A stretch of DNA of 64,000 nt from Balanoglossus misakiensis (GCA_040954595.2 CM082589.2:11544894-11608893), one strand, 5' to 3'; counted from the first letter of the stretch, positions 1 to 13,485 are shown. The notes: a model not told the origin generated them from the sequence alone. Numbers and translations are program-made.

Positions 1-952
1 CGATCATAGATCTTGTTTATGATTACGTAAGAAGTCATTCACTTATATGGTTTTAGTCCAGTATTGACATTGGTACTTGACCCAGAGTAAACAAGATTGT
101 GTAATTGATACATGTCAGAACAAGATAGAGATATCACGCGCTAAGTTCATGTTTAAGAAATATCAAGATGACGTGTTCCTTTTATGACTTAATACTTGAC
201 TAACGTATTAATAAGGTGTGGTGAAATTTGAGATCACACATTTATCACCGGAGATCCGTGATGGGAGTCAACGAGCATGGATCGAGTCGTGTAATTCTTA
301 CGTGTGACCAGTAATAAACCAGAACTTTGTGTTACTCGGAAAACTTCTTGCAAGTCTCTGTCTACGAAAGGTTTACGATCTGCCGGGTACCTCTCTCGGA
401 CTTTATGAATATGTTGGGTGGAGAAGGAGATGGAGAGAATGTACGCCGTCAGCTTTCGGACGTGGCTGATTCCCCACAGAAGCCGATGAGGTAAACGTCC
501 GGAGGACGACCGGCCGTAACAACAAACTGCATGAATTAAAGTTCAACAATCCTTAGAAGACAGGAACGTCAGAGGTTGAATCTTGATGGGAAAAGGCGAG
601 GTATCGCTGGTTATCATCGGCGTACTGATGAAATTGTAGGATGTGGGGACGAATCGGTTTACTATAAAGTGGGGCTATATAAATGGTGAACAACAGAGGG
701 GCAGTGGCACCCCGTATACGAGAGGTGACTGTGAACTTGCAGTGTTTTCGATGATTACAGTTTGATATCTATATTGAAGGTAAGATGTAAACCATGTTAG
801 TACTGTGTCTGAGATGCCAAGGTTCGATAGTCTACAAAGAAGTATCCCGTGATGCAAATGTACAACTGAAGAAAAAAGGAATCACAAATCTTAAAACTAA
901 GATGCCGTTAAGAATTAAATTTCGCGAAAAGGAAGTGACGAAATACGTACAT
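1..952. repeat. Copy 1 of a near-identical segmental duplication (matches 2567-3518)
   Basis: Base-for-base match to 2567-3518 with very few substitutions; the identical 60-aa ORF occurs at 675-857 and 3241-3423. Confidence 0.95.
400..860 (-). mobile_element. Decayed CR1/L2-type LINE reverse transcriptase fragment
   Basis: HGILLCRLSNLGISDTVLTWFTSYL..R.Q.V...YGVP, followed on the minus strand near 610-630 by HQYADDNQRYLAF (YADD catalytic motif); frameshifted. Confidence 0.8.
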
Positions 953-2240
953 CAAAATTGATGGGCACGACACTGGCCACTAGCTCTGGCCTGGCTAATC
1001 AATGTTGACACAAGGGTTGACCCCACCAAACACTCAAAATTGATGGGCACGACACTGGCCACTAGCTCTGGCCTGGCTAATCAATGTTGACGCAAGGGTT
1101 GACCCCACCAAACACTCAAAATTGATGGGCGCGACACTGGCCACTAGCTCTGGCCTGGCTAATCAATGTTGACGCAAGGGTTGACCCCACCAAACACTCA
1201 AAATTTGTGGGCACGACACTGGCCACTAGCTCTGCCGTGGCTAATCAAGGTTGACGCAAAGGTTGACCCCACCAAACACTCAAAATTGATGGGCGCGACA
1301 CTGGCCCCTAGCTCTGGCCTGGCTAATCCAGGTTGACGCAAGGGTTAACCCCACCAAACACTCAAAATTAATGGGCGCGACACTGGCAACTAAGCTCTGG
1401 CCTGGCTAATCAATGTTGACGCAAGGGTTGACCCCACCAAACACTCATAATTGATGGGCACGACACTGGCCACTAGCTCTGACCTGGCTAATCAAGGTTG
1501 ACGCAAGGGTTGACCCCACCAAACACTCAAAATTAATGGGCGCGACACTGGCCACTAAGCTCTGGCCTGGTTAATCAATGTTGAAGCAAAGGTTGACCCC
1601 ACCAAACACTCAAAATTAATGGGAACGACACTGGCCACTAGCTCTGCATGGCCTGGTTTATCAATGTTGACGCAAAGGTTGACCCCACCAAACACTCAAA
1701 ATTAATGGGCACGACACTGGCCACTAGCTCTGCATGGCCTGGTTAATCAATGTTGACGCAAAGGTTGACCCCACCAAACACTCAAAATTAATGGGCACGA
1801 CACTGGCCACTAGCTCTGCATGGCCTGGTTAATCAATGTTGACGCAAAGGTTGACCCCACCAAACACTCAAAATTAATGGGCATGACACTGGCTACTAGC
1901 TCTGCATGGCATGGTTAATCAATGTTGACGCAAAGGTTGACCCCACCAAACACTCAAAATTAATGGGCACGACACTGGCCACTAGCTCTGCATGGCCTGG
2001 TTAATCAATGTTGACGCAAAGGTTGACCCCACCAAACACTAAAAATTAATGGCCACGACACTGGCCACTAGCTCTGCATGGCCTGGTTAATCAATGTTGA
2101 CGCAAAGGTTGACCCCACCAAACACTCAAAATTAATGGGCACGACACTGGCCACTAGCTCTGCATGGCCTGGTTAATCAATGTTAACGCAAAGGTTGACC
2201 CCACCAAACACTCAAAATTAATGGGCACGACACTGGCCAC
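953..2240. repeat. Minisatellite, 82-bp unit changing to 86-bp unit, about 15 copies
   Basis: Unit CAAAATTRATGGGCACGACACTGGCCACTAGCTCTG(CATG)GCCTGGYTAATCAATGTTGACGCAARGGTTGACCCCACCAAACACT repeated head-to-tail. Confidence 0.97.
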
Positions 2241-2566
2241 TACATGTATTTGTGATATTTTACATGGTTAACCACGCCTTGAGAAAAGTAATTATAAGAG
2301 AACTTTGTTTCCAAAGTTAGGGGAGAATAATATAACGGGAGATGGGAGTACCTCAGGCTACTGAGCTCGTTCCCTTCCTCATGTACTTTACTGGGCGTAT
2401 TTGATGTACTATAATAATTCCGGACAATAAATGAACGTAAATCAGATACGTTTCTCCGTGGATCACGGTTCTCGTCAGAGCCCGTTACCTCATCGCTACA
2501 GATTCCCCGATGCATGAACAATCATGAGAAACCAGCGGTAATACAAGTGTCACGATTGAGTTTTAA

Positions 2567-3518
2567 CGATCATAGATCTTGTTTATGATTACGTAAGAAG
2601 TCATTCACTTATATGGTTTTAGTCCAGTATTGACATTGGTACTTGACCCAGAGTAAACAAGATTATGTAATTGATACATGTCAGAACGAGATAGAGATAT
2701 CACGCGCTAAGTTCATGTTTAAGAAATATCAAGATGACGTGTTCCTTTTATGACTTAATACTTGACTAACGTATTAATAAGGTGTGGTGAAATTTGAGAT
2801 CACACATTTATCACCGGAGATCCGTGATGGGAGTCAACGAGCATGGATCGAGTCGTGTAATTCTTACGTGTGACCAGTAATAAACCAGAACTTTGTGTTA
2901 CTCGGAAAACTTCTTGCAAGTCTCTGTCTACGAAAGGTTTACGATCTGCCGGGTACCTCTCTCGGACTTTATGAATATGTTGGGTGGAGAAGGAGATGGA
3001 GAGAATGTACGCCGTCAGCTTTCGGACGTGGCTGATTCCCCACAGAAGCCGATGAGGTAAACGTCCGGAGGACGACCGGCCGTAACAACAAACTGCATGA
3101 ATTAAAGTTCAACAATCCTTAGAAGACAGGAACGTCAGAGGTTGAATCTTGATGGGAAAAGGCGAGGTATCGCTGGTTATCATCGGCGTACTGATGAAAT
3201 TGTAGGATGTGGGGACGAATCGGTTTACTATAAAGTGGGGCTATATAAATGGTGAACAACAGAGGGGCAGTGGCACCCCGTATACGAGAGGTGACTGTGA
3301 ACTTGCAGTGTTTTCGATGATTACAGTTTGATATCTATATTGAAGGTAAGATGTAAACCATGTTAGTACTGTGTCTGAGATGCCAAGGTTCGATAGTCTA
3401 CAAAGAAGTATCCCGTGATGCAAATGTACAACTGAAGAAAAAAGGAATCACAAATCTTAAAACTAAGATGCCGTTAAGAATTAAATTTCGCGAAAAGGAA
3501 GTGACGAAATACGTACAT
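2567..3518. repeat. Copy 2 of the duplication, with the same LINE RT fragment (about 2966-3426, minus)
   Basis: Matches 1-952. Confidence 0.95.
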
Positions 3519-6040
3519 TTTCAGGTGCTCTACAACAAGTAGTCTCCCTATCATCCCTATTGGAGCATGCAGCTAAAATTTACCATGACGTCATTGATTC
3601 TACGCGAACGTTTTTCTAATGGCGATAAACATATTTTGTATAACTTGTGCTCAAACGCCCGTGAATCTCACTCGCAAAAATTCACAAGTGGCGCATACAA
3701 CACTAGGAAGAAAATTGTTTAGCAGTCTATAGAGTTTGTGACCTGAGATTTGGAAGTAAAAGTTAAACTTGAGACAGAAGTGATTGAAGAGTAAAGAAAC
3801 TTTTGAAGTGTTAAGAAAGTTATCGCATTCCTGATGAAAAGAAAAGAAAATACAATACATTCATTGTTTTAAGGAACACAAGGAAGACAAGTACTATGCA
3901 ATCAGAGTATGCATGGATCATTCATCTAAAAATATATCTCCGCGTCTTTTGGCGGGTAAAAATAAAATGCTGGAACGGTCTTTTGGATGGCGGACTATTT
4001 GTGTCCTTCTTGTCCTCAGAACGCAAGTGGTCGAGTAGGTTTATTTCATTAAATTCTTATATTCTCAGTTGCTACCATAAATACCCAGTGTTCGTGTCGA
4101 TGTATCTGGACGTCAGCACGATTCCATATAGGTACCTCTCAGTATTAGCCAAGCGAGTTATCCCCATCGATAGAGTTTAATTCCCCGTTACATTCCCAAC
4201 ACCAATCCTCCCGCGTGACATTGAGGTTGAAGGTATACAAGCCTTAGGAATCATGCAACCATCCAGAAAGTGTAATAAATTTTGAAGCTATGATGTGAGT
4301 TTTCAGTTCGTTTCTTCTTTTGATTTGTTGATGTAACATTGTGCGTTTTAAATAAAAGATAAAAAAATGTACAGCAATGACGTCACAAAATTCACTGGTA
4401 TTGATAAAGCTATATTATATCATATATTATATGTGTTAAATACTACCGTATCTCATTATTGCAGTATTTCGTGCTTTAACACAAAATACGCGAATAGGGT
4501 TTAATACAAAACTAAATGACACAATTTCTGTTTCTTTGCCAAAATTCTTAATCACAAGATCAACCCATCCTTACGCCTCTACTCTATTGCTAAGAGAAAC
4601 CAGCGTCCGTAACATGCATTGTGAAACCCCTCAACAACATGCATGTCAACACTTCATTTTTTTCTCCAGCATTGTCAGTTTGGTACTCTGACAACTCACG
4701 GGGCATCATGGGACAATATTAAAGCTGATTCAGTGTTTATGTGCATAAAACACACGGCGGTGGAAACATTCGTTTTAAATTATTGTGGACGCGCGCACGC
4801 CCTTGTCTGTGTACAGGTACTTGATGCTTGTCTACAGTCACGTGAAACGCTGTTGGTAGTACCCTAGAAGATAGATATCTTTAATCAGAACTTTGGTAAG
4901 GAAGGTTTGAGAAGTCCATTCTATGTAAAGAAAGTTTAAGAAGTGTGTTACCAAAGGGTGTGGGGGTGGCTGGGGGGTCATCAATATATCACTCTGCATC
5001 ACGTTCACAGAAAAGGTCGCGACACGCCCACAAATCCACTCACGACTTGCGTCACCGGTTACAGGAGTTCGTACAAAAGTGTGGTTTATGCACATTTACA
5101 CTGAATCAGTTTTTTTGGCCCATGATGCCCATGGGCAAATACAGGCCACGATGCCTCCAGAATGATGATGGCAATGATGGTGATGATGATGATTGTGGTG
5201 GTGGTGGTGGTGGTGATTGAGCTTTAATTTCCCTTTCTTCCTGTCTAACCACTTCCTCTCTCACCTTCACTTATTCGGTCTCTCCCCTCCCCTTCTGTCA
5301 AAGTCCTCCCCTCATTCCCTTTCCATCCTGACATTCTCATTTCCGCCCTCTTGCTTTTCTTCTCCTTTCTCACATTCCTTTTCTCACCTCTCCCCCCCCC
5401 CTCCGTAACATGTTATGTAATATATAAAGTAAAAAAGTCCAAAGCATGATGTTATCACAGATGACATTTGGAATGTATTATTGTACTATCTGGTTTAATT
5501 TCAAACATAGTGGAGTTATTTATTGGCCAGTATTTAAGCATGTTTAAAGAAGTCAAACAGCATAATAGGCACATTTCATATCAAACAAAATTGATCAAAT
5601 AAGCTCAAAAGAGGATTTGAACAATTTGTCCCTTTAAGTAATGTTCAATATTAGATTTACACTTGTGATTGTATGTCATCTCCCTTTTGTTAGAAACCTC
5701 ACAGTCATATAATAAACAGGTGACCTGACAATCATTTGAAATACCAAACTTCGGCAGCTATTCCAGTTTGGTCCAAAAACCTAATTTTAACTGGCACCTC
5801 AACTTTAGGACTATTATGGATGTTGCTGAAACTTCAAGTGGGCTGCTTGTGAAGAGGAAGACGTGGAGTGTCTCTCAGACAACGCTGCGCTCAGTCAGAG
5901 ATAAAGTCAAAATATGGATTTGACTTGCAACAGTAATTTGTTAGTTAAGTCAAATTCAACTTAAATCTGTCTCTTTGGGTCAGTCTTAACGGGTGTAGCA
6001 TGCTGGAAGGGTGTGCTTACCCATTTCCGACACCTAGTAC

Positions 6041-6490
6041 CACAGGGGGCTGCAAACATGAAAGTTATAAATGGCGAAGTACGTTCCATTCTGCGTTTTC
6101 CCAACCTGTCTTATCATTTGCTAATCCAGAATAAAAGCTATCCATTTCCCATTAATCACCTGCTAACGACTTAATCTGTGTGCCCCATCCACGGATTAAG
6201 TTAATAAAGTAAACATCGGTCAGCGAGTACTGGGTATTCTCTTACCAAGTGAGAACTGACCGATGTTTACTTAATCCACTAAATCCGTGGATGGGGCACA
6301 CAGATTAAGTCGTTAGCAGGTGCTTAATGGGAAATGCAATAGTTTGTATTCTGGATTAGCAACTGCTAAGACAGGTGGAGGTAACACAGAAAAATAAACA
6401 AGCGCAAAGACTGTTCATCAATTAATGTTTATTGGGGGAAAATGCAGGAACTCCGCCATTTATAACTTTCATGTTTGCAGCCCCCCTGTG
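6041..6490. mobile_element. Fold-back MITE (CAC...GTG termini, probable 7-bp TSD)
   Basis: TIR CACAGGGGGCTGCAAACATGAAAGTTATAAATGGCG with its reverse complement at 6454-6490; inner inverted arms 6120-6223 / 6256-6360; flanks CTAGTAC / CGAGTAC. Confidence 0.85.
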
Positions 6491-8128
6491 CGAGTACTAC
6501 CACTTAGCAGTGGTTCAAGATGATCCTGTTGAAATTGTAAGTTTTTTCTCTTATTTCTTTTTTGAACCTGGACCTGGTAATTAGCTTAGCTTTAGTAATA
6601 TTGATTATTGGACCTGGTTTGATGTCTTATTATAACAACTACAGAAGAATCTCTGGACACAGTGAAATACACTCCAGGGTTATGGTAATGACTGACAAAT
6701 TGTCAGTTTAAAAAAGTAGACAAAGAACTCAGTTAAATATTATAATAAAAATATGCTTTAATATAAGGAAAAGGTACAATTGATATACTTGTAATTAAAA
6801 CTTAAATATAATGATGAAATTCTTCAACTGTTCTGTAGTTGCACCAGTATTTGTATAAGCTAAAAATGTTGACTTCTGGCAGGACAACTCAAACAGATAT
6901 TAAACTTATTTATAGTACTTCCACTTCATGACTTTGTTCAAAAATTTCCCAAACTTATTTCATTGTTGATGAGTTGTCACCTCCGAACAACACAAAAAGG
7001 AACAGTTTGTATAAAAAAGTAATTTTGCATGAATCTTAAACATACATGCACAAGTTGAGTGAATAACACAATATAATCATATTCTACAATGAATTACAAT
7101 ATCAAGATTAAGGGTTTCACATATGACATTACATTGCTACATTTTATATACATGAATTTAATTTGAAAAATTTCCATTGATCTATAACACCATGAATAAT
7201 ATAAAAATATGCGAATAAATACTTTGAATTATTATATATACATGTCAGGTCTCAAAGTGAGTAACTATATTTCCATTCACCTATGAACTGGTTATTAACC
7301 AAATGAAATGATAGGATCTTTTATTTTGAGGATCTTATAATTGTGATCATACACATCCATATTCCAAAATTCGCATGCCAAACAAATATCAGATTTATAC
7401 GGCCAGTTGTAAAGACAGTACAAGGGGCAAAAAAATTGATAATAGTTAATCATCATCTCCCTTCTTTTACAGTCTTGGAGAATGGTGACGGTTGAAGTCA
7501 AATTAAAGAAAAATATCAAGAAAAATATCAAAATTTGAAGCACTAATTCAGGAGGATATATATCATCGGGAGGTAGTCACTGAATATATTGAGAGAAATA
7601 ATTCATAATCTATGCATTTGGATGAAAAGACCTTCTACCTGATCAAGTTAAGGATAAATGCTGCCTTGTATGAATACAGAAGCAAGTCAGCATGCAAAGG
7701 GAGAGCTGAATTGGTACACAGTTAAATTTGTCCTCCAAATTCAACAAAAATATGTTGTTGTTTAGGAATTCTCGTATTATCATATCTTTTTCATTACACA
7801 ATACCTTATAATAAGTCATAACAAATTTTTAAGGAAAATTCTTTAAAATATGTAAAATATATAGCCTTATAACCAACATACTTTAAAGATGATTATTTAT
7901 GATCATTTCATTCAGATGTTGCTAAGAGTGTAATAATAAAGATCTGTTTCACTCCAACCAATTTAATGTGCGCTTATCACAGTACTGTCGTCTGACAAAG
8001 CATAACTATTATTGTTATCATTTATGGGATTATACCAAGCTTATCACAGTACTGTGTCAACTCACAAAATGAAACCATTCTAGTTATCATTTGAATTATA
8101 CCATACATGTACACACAGAGATGGCACA

Positions 8129-8393
8129 TTAGAAGTATCTGTCTCCGTGACTCTCATGAAATAGTTCATTTCTACTCTTAAGAGGCCTTGGTCTCCATTC
8201 CTCACTTCCACTGGCACTACCACTGTCGCCACTATACATGGGATTGTAGTGATAGATTTCTCTGAAGGCTTCCTCATCTTCCACACTTTTCCCTGCCTTG
8301 CTATCAACATCATCTGTATCATCAAACCAATGGATATCCATAGTTGCCTCTTGTTCTTCCCAGCCTGGATGTTTCTTTCCTCCAAGAGCACAC
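8129..8393 (-). CDS. Terminal exon: cytoplasmic tail with YNPMY (NPxY) motif
   Basis: ttcag acceptor, phase 2 matching the TM exon; CALGGKKHPGWEE...EIYHYNPMYSG...DRYF*. Confidence 0.85.
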
Positions 8394-8745
8394 CTGAATG
8401 TCAAATAGTTGAACATCATCAATGTGGGATTTGTTGTGATGTTGTTACTACTGTAGAATAACGCAGGTGGTTGTTGGACACTTTGCGGTCTGGTCGCGTG
8501 ACTTTGCCTTGTTAGCCGCCATGCATGTTGAAGGCAAATTATACCATGATGCACTGCAGTTACCCTATACGCTAATAGGTCTATGCATGAACTCTTTGAA
8601 TAAATTTGCTTCCACGATACAGATGTGATTATTTTTCACGTTGCCTCATGCATGTATGGAAAGATACAGGTAAATTCCCAGTTTTCTGATGGGCAACATG
8701 TCTACAGCTGTCTCGATTCTACTCTGGTAGTACTAAATAACTTAC

Positions 8746-8842
8746 CGTTGGTACATGAGTAACATTATTACACCAAGCACTAACACAGCCGCTAAACCTC
8801 CCGCAACACCACCAATGATGACAGCTGTGTCAACGGAGGAAT
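8746..8842 (-). CDS. Transmembrane exon
   Basis: tacag...gtaag; DSSVDTAVIIGGVAGGLAAVLVLGVIMLLMYQR. Confidence 0.88.
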
Positions 8843-9109
8843 CTGTAAGAGTTTAAATATTTCTATTTGTCACGGGGGCGATATGCTACGATAAAAGCAA
8901 GAAAACCATTCATTATGATGCTTAACTATTGTAAAATGGTTAGTTGACCAAAAATCTAGTTATACTGCAGATGTTGCAGTTTCACCATTTTCACAAATAT
9001 TTTCAAGACAACGTAAACTGTAATCATGTAGATCAAACAAATGTGTAAACTTTAGTGAATATTGTTTTTCAATCTTGAGTTATTAAAAGACAAAGAAATG
9101 TATACACAC

Positions 9110-9238
9110 CTTTAACTTGCATTGGTATTCTCTGGCGGCAAGTTTCACCTTGATATTCATCAGTACATTCACAAACAGGATTGCCATCACTGTCCTTGAT
9201 GCAAACAGCATTGTTTGAGCAGAACCCTTCACATTTAT
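9110..9238 (-). CDS. EGF-like exon
   Basis: DKCEGFCSNNAVCIKDSDGNPVCECTDEYQGETCRQ; AG/GT boundaries, phase 1-1. Confidence 0.88.
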
Positions 9239-9532
9239 CTAGACACAAGAATAAAATCACATCACATTATTCTACCTGACGAACCATTTGTATTAGACAA
9301 GAACTAAACCCACTTGCAGATTCATTTCTTACAAACGGAATGGAAGTTGTGTGCTGTCGAACATTGATTCACTATATATCCACATGTACCGGGTGAATAA
9401 CATAAACAGTGTCTTGTATCAAACATAATTAATGGAAAAAAGGGCAGCAAGAGCTATACTAAATCAACAGTAGTGTCTACGTTTTAGCTGTACATATTTC
9501 TGTTGACATTTCAGTTGTAGATAGTTACATAC

Positions 9533-9655
9533 CTGTACAAGTTATTCCATCACCAGTGAAACCAGTTTTGCAAGTGCATTCATATCCTGGTACAAGATTC
9601 CTGCAAGTGGCATTTGGGTGACAGTCATCCAGACCAAGACGACATTCATGTGCAT
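9533..9655 (-). CDS. Calcium-binding EGF exon
   Basis: DAHECRLGLDDCHPNATCRNLVPGYECTCKTGFTGDGITCT; tttctag / gtatgt. Confidence 0.9.
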
Positions 9656-9735
9656 CTAGAAAACAAAAATTCTTGCAATGTCTTTAACTGACCACCAAAT
9701 AAAACTATGGGATCTTCATACATATCACCAGTTAA

Positions 9736-9918
9736 AGGTATACGGTCACCTATGGAAAATTAGCTATAGTTACCATGGCAAAAGGAGATCTAGCCAATCA
9801 CAGATTTTCAGTGGGTGGCACATGCAAAAAAGAGCGCCACCATATGTTCTTTAGAACTCTCATATACTCCATTTCAGCCATATATGGGCGTTTGTAAATT
9901 GGAGGTGACTGTATACCT
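9736..9918. mobile_element. Kolobok-type MITE
   Basis: TTAA on both sides; TIR AGGTATACGGTCACC / GGTGACTGTATACCT. Confidence 0.8.
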
Positions 9919-10223
9919 TTAAGTTAGATGACTACCCAGATGCAGTGCATGGTTATCACATTCCATAGCCTAACATGTAGAATTCTGAGAAAACAGTATT
10001 ACAATATTGTTATTTCCGTGAAATTTTCAGAAAAGGTGTTAAAAGAGGAGCATTATTAAATTATATAAAAATGTTGGATCACACAACATATCAAATGATA
10101 CTCTAAATAAAGAAGAAAATTTCTTATAATGAAGTGTTTGTGTCAGATTGAACAGTTAAGGTTGATCTCCACAAGCACTTCATGCATGTTATCAGTTCTA
10201 TGATTATGAAAAATTATTCCTAC

Positions 10224-10385
10224 CATCACATTCTGTTTCATATAGGGCACCCTCTCTGCCTGTAGTGTAGCCAGTTGGGCATGGTTGACAAGCATCCTGG
10301 TTGAATTCAAAGTTATATGTTCCAACAGGGCATTTCTCACATCTATAGGACTCCTGATTCAAGTACCAACCAACATTGCAGTAAG
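10224..10385 (-). CDS. GCC2/GCC3 (ephrin-receptor-like Cys-rich) exon
   Basis: YCNVGWYLNQESYRCEKCPVGTYNFEFNQDACQPCPTGYTTGREGALYETECD; canonical splice sites. Confidence 0.88.
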
Positions 10386-10522
10386 CTGTTGATGGAATGG
10401 AAAAAGAGCATAGAATAAAATTGGAGGACTATCATTATTCTGAACAACTGAGGCACAATAATACAACCTTCAGTTCAGTACAGTTGAGATACAACATGAA
10501 AAGTTGTATACATAATACTTAC

Positions 10523-10690
10523 AAACATTACAATCTTCACTTAAGGTTGAACCGACTGCTCTTGTGGTGAAGCCAAATGGGCACGGCATACAAGATGGCT
10601 GAAGTTCAGCATTTGATCGATAGGTTCCCATGGGACACGACTCACAAGACCCATTGACACTAAGTTGGACTCCCACTGATTTACATACCT
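10523..10690 (-). CDS. GCC2/GCC3 exon
   Basis: VCKSVGVQLSVNGSCESCPMGTYRSNAELQPSCMPCPFGFTTRAVGSTLSEDCNV. Confidence 0.88.
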
Positions 10691-10934
10691 CTGTAATTGA
10701 GAAGATTAATTTTTTGATATTCACGATTATCTGCTTTTCACTCACGTGAATTTGTTAAACTGTTGAATATGTTACATATCTGGCGGTTCTAAAGTAAAAA
10801 CCTACTCGGAAAAAAGTTTACTGGATGCCGAAATATTGCTTGCCTGTCACTTACAAATGATAACGCCATGGGTACGTCACATGGCCAGATCATGTGATTG
10901 ATAGTCAAGAATAGCAAATAACACAAGTACCTAA

Positions 10935-11096
10935 CCTGACATTGTGACTCATCAGTAGCTCCTTCAACTAATGTAAGCATTTCCTTTGGGCAAGTATTAC
11001 ACACAAACTTTCCTTCTTCTGATTGCCAGAATCCAATGGGGCAGCTTTGGCACTAAGAAGTCCCGTTGTCAAAGTAGTGACCAACATCGCACCTCT
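10935..11096 (-). CDS. GCC2/GCC3 exon with in-frame TAG
   Basis: ERCDVGHYFDNGTS*CQSCPIGFWQSEEGKFVCNTCPKEMLTLVEGATDESQCQ. Confidence 0.82.
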
Positions 11097-11356
11097 CTGC
11101 AATAGACATCATTGTTGAAAAATTATTTTTTCAACCAAAGAGATGAACATTCCAATTGTCATTCTTTCCATATTGGATCACACCACAATAATTTGATATA
11201 TACGTCACAATTCCCGTCAAGGGGTATGGGGTTTTATCGGGCCAGTGGCATGAGTGAGGCTAGACGCTAGTTTTGGAAGCAAAGCGGACAAAATACGGCT
11301 AGATACTAGGCTATGGCTGTGGACGAGGAGGAGATATTGCCTTCTGTTATACATAA

Positions 11357-11518
11357 CAAAACACTGCAAGATGGATAATGATCTCTTTCCCCTGGTGACT
11401 CCATTATTTGGACAGGCATTGCATGCTGTTTGTCCTTCAAGGGGTTGATAATATCCAATTGCACAAGGATGGCACTGACTCAGCTCAGTGTCATGGTACG
11501 ACCCTTCAGGACACAATA
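11357..11518 (-). CDS. GCC2/GCC3 exon (the expected phase-1 donor reads TT)
   Basis: VLCPEGSYHDTELSQCHPCAIGYYQPLEGQTACNACPNNGVTRGKRSLSILQCF. Confidence 0.85.
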
Positions 11519-12112
11519 CTGTGGAAATACAAAATGTTGAAGGCAGATGTATACATTGTTCATGTACTGATCATTATGCATTAATGGTTTAAAACACAAC
11601 TACAATTGTAACACACAGCATTCATTTTGGCCAGTTTTTCACTCTTGTGTCTACAAGTGGGATTGCAGTTGTGTGTGGTTGAATGTTGATTCACTATATA
11701 TCCACATGTAGAATAACATTAACTGTGTCTTCTATCAAACATAATTAATGGAAAAAGGGCAGCGAGAAAGAGACTTTGTCCCTCCTTGGTATGAGCATAT
11801 CAAATCAATTATTTCCTTATATCACCTCTTGGTTGGGTTGTATTTACCACTCACACTTGTCTTTAATTTGTACACTGCGACTCACAACCACACTCGCAGC
11901 AATACGGCCCACCTAACAGGTCATATCAGGCGATATAAACATATTAACATCTACACCTTTTTATAATATTAATTTTGGACACAGTTTTAATCCTTTCACC
12001 ACCATGGTTCAGTCCAAACCAATTGTTTTCTATGGTAAGGTTTGACCTCTATAGAGGAAACTGGGAGTGAAAGGGTTAAAGTACATAACAACTGAGGAGT
12101 ATAGGCACTCAC

Positions 12113-12261
12113 CACATTCTTCTCCAACAAGAACACTACCATTGGAACAGAATATTGTACTTTCAACTTGTAATGTCTCAGCGTCGACCGAATATTCAGC
12201 TGTATCAAAAGGACCATTGTTGACTGCATCTTCAATAACTACAGCTGCAGCATCAGCAGAG
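12113..12261 (-). CDS. Linker exon leading into the Cys-rich repeats
   Basis: SADAAAVVIEDAVNNGPFDTAEYSVDAETLQVESTIFCSNGSVLVGEEC; phase 2-1 matches its neighbours. Confidence 0.8.
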
Positions 12262-12330
12262 CTAATGGATAAAACAACATGCAAAAAATTCTTACATATG
12301 CCACATTACAATACCAACCGGAAGTGTGTA

Positions 12331-12538
12331 CTGTAAACTGGGTTGTTTTCACGACAGGAAATTTTCGCGATATTAAAAGAGGCGACTGTTACGTGAGGAC
12401 GAATTTTCGAGTTCTCGTATTTCACTAACTGCATCATTATCTCCAAAAACATTTTACACAACTTTTTATTTTAACGTTTTTTTGACCAGCGCATGTTTTG
12501 CAGAAATTTACTGCTCGCGAAAATAACACGTTTTGCAG
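12331..12538. mobile_element. Tc1/mariner-type MITE (TA TSD)
   Basis: TA-CTGTAAACTGGGTTGTTTTCACGA ... TCGCGAAAATAACACGTTTTGCAG-TA. Confidence 0.65.
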
Positions 12539-12829
12539 TATATTTCGAATGCATGAATCTTTAGAATACAGGATGCCGCAACATGAAGGAAGGTGGGCAG
12601 AACTGATGGGGTTGCCAAAAACTGAAAATGTTTGAGTGTTAAGACACAAAATAATTTGTTTTCACTTGCATGAATGGAATATTTTGCAATAATGCAAACA
12701 CCAGCTGTATAGGGAATACAGAGCTGGTCCTCACACAGCCTGGGATCAGTACCCTAGACATGTCACCAAAGTCATTTCAATAGAACAGAAGGGGAATAAA
12801 ATACTCGAAAAATAACAATTACTACTCAC

Positions 12830-13082
12830 GCATTGGTTGTGAAACTGAACTGAACCACAAGCTGAGTATCAGCCTGTCTCTTTCTTCGGTTTGAGGCGCC
12901 GCAGGTTATTTCAAGGTCATCAAAGTTGCATTCACCGCCACAAATACCAAACAAATCATTCAGATAGTTGATAGTGTTCATAAAACTGATCCTCAATTGC
13001 TGGATGACACCATTGTTACATGTACCAGCCTGTGAATTGTATGACACGCCACAATTCACTCCACGTTGAGTCTTCCCAGGAG
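12830..13082 (-). CDS. Exon with furin-type RRKR site
   Basis: APGKTQRGVNCG...GICGGECNFDDLEITCGASNRRKRQADTQLVVQFSFTTNA. Confidence 0.82.
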
Positions 13083-13485
13083 CTGCAGTAGAACAATACA
13101 AACAAACAAATTTTGTTAAAGATGCAATTTTCAATCTAGCGAACGATGTATTGACTTAGACTGCTAAACCGCTTAGCCAATCAGGAAAGTTACAGCTGCT
13201 TACCCAGAACAAAATATTAAGAAAATAGCTCAAATGTACTGGAGCTTTATATTTGGGTAAGCAGATATGATGTTAACAGATTATCTACCTGTAATCACAA
13301 CCTTGACATACTGTAAAGCAAGAATTTGCATTACTCATATTTCTGTTTTCATTTATAACTAAAAGAAAATTGTCTCAATGCTGGAATACCCCCTCTCACA
13401 ACTCTCTCTCTTTGGAGAATTTTCTGAATGTGCATGTGCAACCTGATTATATTTCTTTACTGATACCAAATCATTTTTTTCTCAC

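Noticed and set aside
953-2240. CRISPR-like array
   Set aside because: Units are contiguous and repeated in full, with no unique spacers; eukaryotic context and no cas genes.
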